DNA of 64,000 nt from Monocercomonoides exilis PA203 (Eukaryota; Protista; Preaxostyla), in the NCBI GenBank assembly GCA_001643675.2, contig LSRY02000014.1, positions 124,001-188,000 on the forward strand, in the 5' to 3' direction. Positions 36,984-48,900 of this stretch are shown in pieces. Each line of letters begins with the position of its first letter. Position 1 is the first letter of the stretch. The notes beneath the pieces are model-generated. The model did no database searches, was not told where the DNA came from, and saw nothing but the letters and a program-made list of their open reading frames with translations. Made by a program: the position numbers and the translations under genes.

Positions 36984-39900
36984 TTATGGCTCGTATGCAT
37001 CCCAAAAGCTGTTCATTCCCTCAAACACATCGCTAAACGCAGCACTGCTCCTCTCGTTGTCCTTCTTTGGTGTTCTCTTTCTGTGCTTCTGGTGCTGATG
37101 CTGGTGGGAGTGCTGCCGAGAAGACCTCCTCTGATGCTTCTCAGAATCTGCTGCTTTGTGCACAGGGAGAGGCATCTGAGACGATCGATGGGCAGAAGAA
37201 GAAGAAGATGATGATGATGAATGAGCAGAAGGAGATTTCACTGCATTCACAGAATGTGCTGCTGAAACAGAAGACGATGCAGACGCTGGTTTTGGCTGTC
37301 TCGCAACTGTCTTTGCTGAAGAAAGAGAGAGATTGCGTTGGATGTGCTTCATCTCTGCCCATCGCTGCCACCCTCTCCTCCTCATTGCCTCTCTGCTCTG
37401 CTTCTGCTGGATGCTCTGCCCATACAGCACTGCCTCAATGTCTGGATTCGCCGAAAAGAACGGCACATCGTTCTTCCCTGGCTGCGGTGGAGGAGGCGTC
37501 TTCTCAAAATGTACTGCAAATTCTGCCTGCTTTGCCGGGTCAGACACCTTCAGCCACTCATTAATGGTCTGCTTCCACTCTTCCTCTGCCACACCTGCCC
37601 TGTCTCTGTTCAGCAGCTCTGTCCCTCTCAGCCACTGCTTCTTTGCTGACGCACAATGATACCAGAGGCACTTGTCGTAGTCCTTCATGCGCTGATTGTA
37701 CTCTTCGTCCCACATCCGCTCCTCAAACGCCTGCAGCAGCATAATCGGCCGGCGGTGCATGTCAGCTGAAGGGCGGGTGAATGAGGTGGAGACAGGAACA
37801 AGCATCCCCAACGATGACACAGTTACAAACATTTCAGAGTCAGCAGAAGGAGAAGGAGAGACAGCATGAGCAACATCAGCTGGGAAAAGAGAGGTGGATG
37901 TTGTGATGGCAGTGACAGCAGATGAAGATGAGGAGGAGGAGGAAGATGAAGAGACAGGTGATGAAGGAGATGGAGTGGGAGAAGTCGAAGGCGAGTGAGA
38001 TGAGACAGAAGCAGATAAGGACATGTTTGAAGTGACAGACACGTTTGTTGGCTGAGTGAGGATGTTGTGATTATCTTTGGAAGCATCAGAAGAAGCAGCT
38101 TGTGAGAGAGGAAGAGAAAGAAGAGGAGGAACAGACAGATCGTTGGATGAAGAAGAGGGAAAGACAGAGGTTAAAGATGGTGCTGTTGTTGGAGGTGACA
38201 TGGAAAGAGGAGGGTTGAAAGCATTTGCAGACAAAGAAGAAGAAGGAAAAGAAGATGATGATGAATCAGTTGCCAATTGTGAATGATTCACAGCACTTGC
38301 ACCATCAACCTCAGTCGATGCAACAGCCGATGGCGAAATCGTTGTGCTGAATTCAGCTGCTTCTGAATGCAACTCTTGTGCATTCGGTGAAATGTGCTGA
38401 GCGACCGAAGGAGAAGACGATGAAGCAGCATGTATTCTGACAGCAGCTGCTTTTGAGGAGGAAGAAGCCATTGGGAAGAGAGGGTGGGAAACAGCAGATC
38501 CAGATGAAGTGTGATATGGCTGTGTAGGTGGCATCAGAGCACCATTTGGAGTGTCAGGCGAATCAACAGAGTTCTGAAGGAGATCGGTTGAGACGACGAA
38601 TGTGGTGGTGGTGGAGGAAGAGGAGAGGGAAGAGGAGGAGGCAAAGGCAGCAGAGGACGGATAGGCAAATGTGGAGGAATATGCCATGGATGAGATTGGG
38701 GTGGAAGGGTTAGACAGAACAGTGGCAGATGTCGAGTATTTCTGGATGTGTGGGCTGTGTCCAAAAGAATACTGGAGCACTTCCTCCTCTTCTTCGTGTT
38801 CAGCTCTCTCGTCTTTCTTTTCGCTGGTCAAGCTTTCACTCACGACTTCATTTCCATCTTCACCCGAATCGCTAATTAGCATCTCATCGATCGATCCTGA
38901 CTTTGTAGTTGTCGTCACTGTGGTTGTCGCTTTCCCACTTTCTTGTTCGTGTTTCTCTTCTTCTCCTTCTTCTTCGTCTTCCTCCTCCACCTCTTCTTCT
39001 TCTCCTCCTGCTCTTCCTCTCATTTCCCTTGCTTCCATGAAGCACTCTCGCTCCTTCTGCTCCTTCAGCTCTTCTTCCTCCTGGCAAAGTCTGAACATCT
39101 TGTAGAACAAACCAAGCGTCCTTTTCACAGAAGCCACTGCTGCCAACCGCATTGTTGCTCCTTCGATGTCTGTGTTGCTCTCATTCGTCGTGATGTGCAG
39201 ATGAACCCAGCGTGCCCTCAAGCAGTTGCGCAGCGACAGCGCTTTCCTCTCCCCCTCTCTGTTCTTCCACTTCCTCGCCTGGAACACCCTCACTGCCTTC
39301 TGCAAAATGAGTGTGGCCTTCTTCAGCTGGACCATCTGCTTCGCCACTTTTCGCCTTCGGAAGTGCGACTGCATCGACAGCACTGCGCCAAACAATGCAC
39401 GCGAATAGAGACGGGCGCACGTGGAGAACGAAGAAAGAGCAAAGCGGACGAGTTCTGGGCGCTGCCTCGCAATGAACTCGTCTTGCACTTTGTGCACAAA
39501 CTCCACAATTTCCATCTTCGCCTTCCTCTCTTTGATCCGATGCCAGCGGAAGTACCAGCGCTGGATGGAGCGTGCAGCAGACGAGCGGCGGAGGTTGGCA
39601 AGTGTCTGCAGAACATGGCTCAGTTCATTTGCAGAGCCGTAGTAGAAGACGAGAATGGATGGGACAAGGATGTCACGCACAGACACCACAATTGGCGAAG
39701 AGATGGACGAATTCGACTCTGACGAGGCTGTGTTTTGTGAATGCCTGGCAGAAATGGAAGAAGAAGTGGATGGCTGCGATGCAGACGCCAATGACGATGA
39801 AGATGCCATGTGTGCTGCAGATGAAGCTAATTGGGCTGACAGATAGCTGTGGTCAGTGCGGAGGATGGATGACAGGATCGGGTGGCGGTGCAGCGGGATG

Positions 39901-42900
39901 AGCAGCTGCTGGGGCGTGTTCACAGACACTGTGTTGAGTATCTGCCGTCTGAGATTCGAGGAAATGTCTTCCGTCACCAAGAAGTACTCAGCTGTTGTCA
40001 GATAAATCCTCACAAAGGCGAGTGCCCTCACTTGCTCTGAGGACAAGCGAAGTGTTCTGTAGATGAGTGACACTTGCACTGGATCATTCAAGTTTGCCTT
40101 CAGTGACTGTGCTGACGGAGACTGGCGGAGCATGTCAGGAGCGCAAGAGGAGTCAGACGAGGCTGTGCTGGTTGTGGCGAATGAAGCAGACGAGTGTGAC
40201 TGATGCAGACTCGAAGTGCTCGAAGATGCTGGGAGAGGCTCAGCTGGCGATGCACAGGGCGAAAACGGAGGATGGATCAGTGCATCAAAAGCAGCCTCGT
40301 CGATGGGCTTCTTCGTGTACTTGTGCGTGGGGTGGTAGTTTGGATGCTTCTGTGTGATGATTTCGTCCAAGTGCTCTTTCCTCGTCCGCACGCTGCTGTC
40401 GAACAGCACTTTGAAGGCCATCATGAACAGCATGTACTTTCTGCGCATCTGTGACATCTTCATAGTCATCCCCAGCGAAGATAGGATGCTTGGCGAGTGG
40501 ATACCAAAGGAGCCATGTGTGCAGATGACAAGCAAGGCATATGTGATGTTCATCAGCACTGCACCAATGATGCTCTGCTGCTCAGGTGAACACATCGAGG
40601 CAATGAAGCGCTCTTTGTGCTGCACATAATGCTGTAAGGTGTCCTGAGCACGTGGATAAGCAGGGGGAGAAGGAATATGATGAGGCAGCTGATGCATCGA
40701 GTGTTGCTGTGTGATAGCAACTGGCCAGTTGTGTCTGGGAGGTGCTGGAAGAGAATACCTCTTTTTCTGTCTGCTTCGCTTAGGAAGCAATTCAGATGGA
40801 TTTTGTGAATTCAAAGAGGAGAATGATGGAAGGGGAGAAGCATCTGCCTCTTTTGAAGGTAAAATAGTTGAAGACAAGTAAATGGACGAAGACGAAGAAG
40901 GTGCGATTGTACTGGGTAAAGCAGAATCAGCTGTACCACTTTTGTGCTTCGCACCTTCAGCTGCTGGCAGATGTGTAGTTGGAGCATATGCCAAAGGAGA
41001 GGATGCTTCAGTCAGCACAGTCGTCGACAGAAACGGGTGTGGGTAATTGTCTGGTGATGAAAGCGTGTCAAATTGTGAGAATGAGTTATGTTGCGATATC
41101 ACCTGGCGCGTGTTCTTTGGAGAGCTGCTGGAAGATGAAGAGTTCTTCAAATGCCGCGCCGAACGCGATGGGCGGCATGCGATTTGCTGTTGAGAAGACT
41201 TCAGTGGTGTCTGTCTGAACGACTGCTGATTGAGATTCTGTGTGCTTGAGGAAGAGCGGAAGATAGAGTGAATGTGAGGAAGGAATGTGGACTTGGAGCG
41301 AGACAGCATTCGTGGATTGTCGGCATCAAGAATGTCTGTACGACTCGAAAGATAAGACGGATGAAGAGAAGAAGTGGAAGGATAGCGAAGGAGCGAGAGA
41401 GTGGAGAGTGAGGAGGTGTTGCCTGGAGAGAGGGGCATTCCAGTGAATGAGGACAGCTGCTGAGAGTCGATTGGAGAGAGGCTTTTTGAATGCTGTTGGA
41501 GTTGAGACTGAATCTGTGGAGTGGAATGTTGTTTGGGTGATGAATTATTTGGAGAAGAAGAAGATTGCTGCTGAGGTTGTTGTTGCTGTTGTGGAAGCTG
41601 AGGAATCTGCAGAGGAGAAGAGGCAGCACTGTTGCTGTTTGAATTCAGCGGTGTGCCAGTTAATGTCTTTTGCTGCTGTTTTGTTTGAGGAGTTGCCACA
41701 TGATCAGTTCCTGCAGCATTTGCATTCGCCTCAGGAGTTCTTTGAAGATTGCCATGCGATTGCACATGATGTTGTTGATGCTGCTTTATGTTCTGCTTCT
41801 GCATATGATCTTGCTGCTTTTCAATGCTTTTATCAGATCCGCCAGCAGACTTCAGAGACAATTCCTGTTTCATCCTCTCGTTCCGCTCCACTCGCCCAAC
41901 AAGCTCTTCCTCCAGCGAATAGTCACACAGCAGAAAGTGCGTGGAGGCAGCAGCCGATGCAAAGAACGAACCAAACTGCAGAGCAAAAGAAAGCGCTCCA
42001 CGGGCATATCGCCGCATTGCAGGAGACGGTGAGTCGAAGATGGATCTGCTCATAAAGCGCTTCATGTCTTCGTCTGTCAGCACAGTTGCTGGTTGCTCGT
42101 CTCCAATTGCATTGTCTGACAAGCTGTAGTTGGAAAGATGGGATCCGTCTGAGCCAGTCGAGGCAGAATAAGAGAGAGAAGACGAGGAGCTTTGATGAGT
42201 GCGCCGAAGAGAGGCCGACTTCAGGCGGTGCGGTGGCAGCGGCACAGGCTGGAAGTTCTGAGGTTCCAGTTCGAGTTGCGAGGAGTCGAGCTTCATGTAC
42301 AGCGGAGGAGGCTCTTCAGCATCGCCGGCGCTGGCAAACGGGATTGAATAGGCAGAAGTGGAGAGCGAGGTGTGGAAAGAAGAGGAAACTAGGCTTTCTC
42401 CGCTGCGCATCAGAATGTTTGTGGAGAGGGACGGGCGGAAGGGATGCTGATTGGCTGTGCTGCTCAGCTGTTCTGACAGAGACATCTGCAGTTTCTGCTC
42501 ATGAGAGTACTTTCCTGTTCCCTCAGATCCATCTTGTTGCAGCCACAGTTTGTTTGCGTTGTCGTCGCTGTAGTCAGCACCGTCGATGGTTTCAGCAGCA
42601 GACGCCGAGGTGGATGTGGTTGAGGCGGTGGTGATTGTTGGCTGGCTGTCTCGCTCGCTCGGCTGACGGTCCAGCTGCTCAAAACTCTCCAGAATAATCT
42701 TTTCGGTGGTGTTTTCTTCTTCTTCAGTGCCTTGATCGCCATTCTCATTCACATTCTCATTCACATTCACATTCACATTCACATTCACATTCACATTCAC
42801 ATTTCCTGTCTGCTGCTTGCTGAGTGGCATTTCGATGTCTGCTTCTTGTGTCTCGCAGCTTTCTGTGCTTAGCTCTTCGTCCAGCAGAATAACCGCATTG

Positions 42901-45900
42901 TTTTTGTTGGAGGCATCAGCACCAATTGGAGCAGGGGCATTCAATGAATGAGTGCTTTCTGGTGATTCGTCTCTCATTTCTGGCTGCTGATAGCCAGCTG
43001 GCGTGGCTGACAGGCGCTCGTCGATATCAGCAGCAGTCGTGTCTTCTGTTGTCACAGAGTCCAAATAAGGCGAAGATGCATGTTTTGACAGAAGAGGTGT
43101 TGCCTCAGCAGACAAATTGCTCCCTTCGTCTGCTTCTTCTGCTTCTGATGCATCCAATGGACGTGGCTCAACTTCTTCACTTCTGCCGTATTCTGCTTGC
43201 TCCGTTGCCTCTTCTGCTCTTCTTTCTCTGTTATTGTTATCTTCATTTGCATATGTGTAATCGAATCCTTCTTCTTCATTGTCCGTCCACTGCCTTTCTT
43301 CCTCAGCACCTGAAAAGACATCTTCTCTTCCTTCCTCAAAATTGTGCCCATTCTCTTCATCTTCTTCATTCTTTTCGTCTCTCTCATTTTCTCCCTCGTC
43401 TTCAGTCTTTGTCTGTTCAATCTGATCACATTGCTCCTCATTCTCGTTTCTATCGCTTGTTTGCAAAGAAGCTGTTGATTTATCGTCTTCGTCCTCTTCA
43501 CTTCTTTGATTTGTCTCATCTCCTGTTTGATCTGCTTTAGCTCCTTCTTGTTCGTTCTGTTCCTTCAACTGCTTGCTGAACTCGAAGCTCTTCTCCTCTG
43601 ATACAAAGCCAATGATGTGTGCCAGCTCAAAATCTTCTGCTCTTTTTCGTGACGAAAGCGATGTCGTCGATGCTGTTGAGACAGAAGATGCAGCCAGCAG
43701 CTGTGTTGGTGTGGGTGGGGTGTCTCCAAAGTGCTGTGTGTTCCTCTGAGTAGATGCTGTCTCAGTCGTGTTAAGTGACTTGTCTCCACTTCCCATCTGC
43801 TCCTGCACCATCTGCTCACTCACAAGCACATCTGTCGCTGCACCCGCCGAGTTCGACCTCTTCCTCGTCTTCGCATTGCTTTTGTAGAAAGCAGACGAGC
43901 GAGGTAGGTTGGGAGTCGATACATGCGAAGGATCGCTCTTCGTCTGCGCTGAAAGAGTGACTGAAATGAACGGCTCAGAACGCGTCGACGGGTTCTCCTT
44001 GCTGAGCGACAGGTTTGGTGTTGAAGGGAGCTGCGAGAACTGGTCAGACAAGTTGTGTGTGTGCCTCAGATGGTCAGGAGGTATATGCCCTTCGGTGGAT
44101 GTGGAGGGGTCGCTCTCAACAGGAGCAGGGGGAAGGCCACTGTCAAGGAATGATCTGTGTGGAATGCTGCGATGCAGATGGATGCCTGAGTTGACGCTCT
44201 CACGCTTGCTGGTTGACTTTCCAGTTGCCTCTTGCCTCTGATCTTGTTGTTCATTTGGAATAGAAGTGGATTCCTCTTCGTGTTCTTTACTTTTATCAGC
44301 ACTTTCATCATGTGCTTCTTCTTCTCCTTTCACTTTGCTTTCTTTCATCTCTTCACTTTCCAACACATTCTTTTCCTCTTCTCCATCTGTCTGAATCAAC
44401 TTGCTCGGAATATCCGATTCATTCCATTCGTCCACTTTCTGTTTGGCACCCTCTTCTGCCCCACCAACCTCGTATTCCTTGTCATCATCCTGCAGATCGC
44501 AGTAAGCGCCGGGTGAAAACACATGCGAGCCATCGAGTGGCCCCACCGACTGCCCAGACGAGGCATCCTTCTTAATCAGCGGAGAAGGCGAATTCGAAAG
44601 AGAAGCTGAGTTGAAGGCAGATGGTGACTGATTGTCTGAAAGAGCGCCGCTTGGACTGGGGAATGTTCTTCGAGTGTGTGTTTCTTCGCTTTCGAGCTGA
44701 GAAGACGGGGAGAGATGGATGGAAGGAGAAGTGGTGAAACGGGGAGGGAACGTGGGAGATGAAACAACAGGCGAGGAGAAGTATTCGGGTGTGTGTGTCG
44801 CCAGGAGAAGGTGTGTTGCTGGCAGCAGCAGCAGCGCCGATGTTGAGAGGAGAGAAAGAAGAAGTGGTGGCTGTGGCAGGTGTGACTGGGGAAGAGGCAG
44901 ATGTGGAGATTCCTGACTTGGTGTTCAACGCAGACGAGGAGGAAGAGGCAGAAGAAGAGGTAGAAGAATAAGCAGAAGTGGAAAAAGGAGATGAGTCAGA
45001 CGAGGAAGCAGCCTTGTTGAGTGGTTTGGGAATAGAAGATACATATTTCTCAGCAGGAGACAGTTGGCTGTGTGATTGATTCAGATGAGTGGAGAATGCA
45101 TAGCAAGAAGAAGAAGATGAGGAAGAGGAAGAGGAGGAGGAGGAGGAGGAGGAGGAGGAGGAGGAGGAAGAAGAAGAAGAAGAAGAAGAAGAAGAATTGT
45201 TTGAAGTGACAACAGCAGGAAGCAACGGAGAAGAAGAAGTGTTTGATGCAGAGACAGCAATGTGAGAGATGGAAGGGAGGCTGGAGGAAGAGAGGAGGAG
45301 GGGTGTGGCTGTGGGAGAGAGGCACAAAGCAGAAGAGAAAGAGGAAGAGAGAGGAATCGAAGGAGGAGTGAGGGGAGGGTGGGAGGCTATGGACAGCGCA
45401 CGGGGCGGACGGAACTCGGTGAAAGGAGTAAGAGAAGGAAGAGAAGAGAAGGAGGAAGAGGAAGAGGAAGAAGAAGTGTTGGCAGCTGAAGAAGATGAAG
45501 AGGAGGAGGATGATGAATATAAAGCAGAAGAAGGAGAAGTATTTGAGCCCAGCTGTGTTCCATTGTCTGCTCTGAAGTAAGATGGATCTGAAGAAGATGA
45601 GCCAAAGCCCATTGCATCGTCATTGGCTGTGAATGTCTCATTCGCATCATCAGGTGCAGAAAGAGAGGAGGAAGAGGATGAGGAAGAAGAAGAAGTGGAG
45701 ATAGGCGATTCAGAAGGCGCAGAGGAAGAGGAAGGAGGAGAGAGGAGTCGGCAGTTAGGTGCAGAGATTGAATGAGAAAGAGATTGCGACTGAGCAGAAG
45801 GAGAATGAGTAAGAGAAGACATCTGCTGATGAGAGGAGGAGGAAGAGGAGGAAGTAGAAGAAGAGGAAGAAGATGGCTGGATGCGTGAGGAAGGATGCTG

Positions 45901-48900
45901 CCTCTGCTGTGTCTGAGAGGAAGAGGAGGTGGAGAGGGTGTTGAAGGAGGAGTGGAGCAGATGGTCTTTTGAAAGCTGAGGAAGAACAGAAAGAGAAGAC
46001 GACTGCTGGGGAGAGTTGGAGGAAGGAGTCAACGCAGGCAGAGAGGGAGAGGTGGATGTGTTGGCAGTGGTTGAGGGTGTTGTTGCTGAAGCAGCAGAAG
46101 CAGAGGAAGAGGAAGAAGCAGAAGCAGAAGAGGAAGAGGAAGAGGAAGAAGAAGAAGGTGATGATGACACATTCGAGACAGATAGAATAGAAGAAGCAGG
46201 AAACGAAAGAGCTTGAAGAGATTGAGAGGGAGAAAGATGAGGCGACTGGAAAGACTGCTGAGGAGCAGATGGATTGACGATAAGAGCAGAAAGAAGGGTG
46301 TATGTGGAGCCCTTCTGCTGGGCACCTGGAAAGGCAGCTGTTGACATCAATGCAACACGATTGGGATCAGATTCATGAGATGAGGAAGTAAATGAAGAAG
46401 GAGGAGAAGCGGAGGAGGCAGAGGAGGAAGAAGGCGAAGAAGCAGGGAAAGCAGAGTTCTGATAGTTCTGCTCATTTGGAGAAGCACCTTCGACAGTCCC
46501 AATCAGTTCTGAGAAAGAGTCTTCACCCAGCTGGTCAGAAGGGATCTCCAGTGAAATCGACTGCGAGCGCGAGGCATAAGCAGACTGGCTTGTCGGAGGC
46601 AGCATCTGCGATTTTGATCCTGTCTGTGCCTTTTGTGGATTGGAGAAGACGTTTGAGGTTGCAGGGAGGGAAATGGAGGTTGGGTTGCACTGCAGATAGC
46701 TCGCAGTGGAAGACGTGCCCAGCCCATACGACGCAGACTGCCGCGAAAGACGGTCGTAGTTCGACAGCTCTTCTGTCTCTGTCGTGTTCTCCACGCCTTT
46801 TTGATGCCCTTCGTTCTCTTCCTCCTCTTCAATCTCAGAGAAGGAAGATGTCGATGCAAACGGAGCCTGCTCTCCAAACGGAATGCGCAGCTTCGCAGTC
46901 ATCGCGCCGGTGGCAGAGTAAGGGAGAACCATCTCCTTCCCATCTTCGCTGTACACAATGCCTGCGTCGCCTTCACCTGGTATCACAAGCTCCCTCAAAT
47001 CTCGCAGGTTCTTCCTTTCCTTCCGTCCTGCTTGGTCTTCTCCTGTCCCAGCTGCCTCACCACTCTTCCGTTCTTCTCTCTGTTGCATCCGCTGTTGGTG
47101 TTGTTGGTGTTGCTGATGTTGATGTTGATTCTGATTCTGATGCTGTTGATGCTGCTGGTATCTCGCCTGCACTTCTGCTTCGACATCCAAGTCATCTGCA
47201 GTCACAGAAATCGACAGCGACGAAGGGACATACGGAACAGACCGATAATTTGTGCAGAAACAATAGTTGTCCAAGGGAAAGCGCTTGGGCGTGCGCTGAA
47301 AGACGCCAAAACCTTTTTTGGAGGGAGTGCGAGGCTCAAAATAATCAGAGCTGAGCGTATCATCAGCAGCTGCGCCATATGAATACGAGGAAGGGCACTG
47401 GGAAGCATAAGAGCATGTGAACAAAGAGGAGACAGAAGACGTGGCAGCTGATGTACCCGATGCAGATGTGCGCAGCTCGCCTGGTGTTTCGTCCTCGCTT
47501 GTGCCGTTGCTCTCTGAGTCGACAGAAAAGAGTGTGGAGGACTCGCTGGGGGTGAGTGTGGGGAGGGTGTGGGAGAAGTGGAGAGCAGAGCGGCTGGACG
47601 GCTGTGTCGACATCGACTGAAGAGTGGCACCTGACTTCATCAGCGAGTACTCCTTCATCCACTCATTCCCTTCTTCCTTGTGGTGAGAGCCCATCCCATT
47701 CGTCGATGCTGAGTTCATGCTGTTTCTGGCTGAGAGATTCCCATTGTTATTGTTACTGTTGTTGTTGTTGTTGTTGCCTATTCCACTGAACCGTCCGTCT
47801 GCACTCAACTCGCTCAAAATCAACAGCATCTTGTCTTTCCCTCTTTCCTCTTCCATATGCTTGCCTCTCTCATTCAGCTTTTCTGGTCGTCTCGAATTCA
47901 GCTTCGATGCAATGCACCTTCTCCCCACGGGCTGTGAATGAAGTGTGAGGTGGCTGATTGTCTGTGCAATGTCCTGCAGCAGCGGGTGGTTCATGAAGCG
48001 CTGGTGGGTGCAGTTGTGGATGATCTGCCTGGTGACAGACACAGGAAACAGCACAAGATGCGCCTCGTGTGGCTTCAGCAGCTTCCGCGAGTGGGAACGA
48101 GAACGCGAGTGGAAGCGCCGGGTGCGGCTGAGCGAGTGCGAAGAGAGGTTTGCGGAGACTGTTGACTGAGGAGAGGTGTCCTGCCTGCGCGGCGTGTGGT
48201 TATCTGATGTGCTGTTCAGTGCTGTCTTCGCCTTGGCATTCGACTTGTCTCTGTGATGATGCTCTGTCTGATGTTGTGAGTGTCTCCGGTGGTGCTGGTG
48301 ATGGAAGACGTAGGCGCTGCCTCGCTTGCTGCTGGACGGTCCAGGCGTCGCTGCTGGATTGTGGATGTTTATGCGCTCTTCATCCAAACTCGAGCTGTTC
48401 CGCCTCTTTTGATAGAGAAGAGAATCCTGAGGACTTTGAATGAAGGAGTCAGCGGTGAATGTCTTGGGAGAGGCATCTGATGGCTGAAGAGTCATAAATG
48501 TGGAAGATGGCGGAGACCCAGATGAAGACGAAGAGGAAGACGAAGAAGAAGCAGACGCAGAAGATGCTGTCACTCTGACTGCATATCTTGGAGATGTAGA
48601 CGATGCTGATGGAGCAGTTCCTGATTGTGTTGACAAGCTTTCTTCATCTGCCTCACTCTCCTTCTTCGCATCCTTCGACTGCAGATGCCTCTTCTGATGA
48701 TAAGCATCCTCTGCCCTTTCGCCTTCATCTCTTCCTCTTCCTCTTCCTTTCCTCTTCTTCTTCTTATCTATCCCCTTCGTCCTGTTCGCAAAGCTGTCTC
48801 CGTCTTTCCCCATTCCCCCGTCATCTGCATGTGCTGTGTGTTTGTAGCCAGATGAGTGGCCAGCATCGGCATTGGAAGAAGTCGAGCGGGAGGTCGAATG

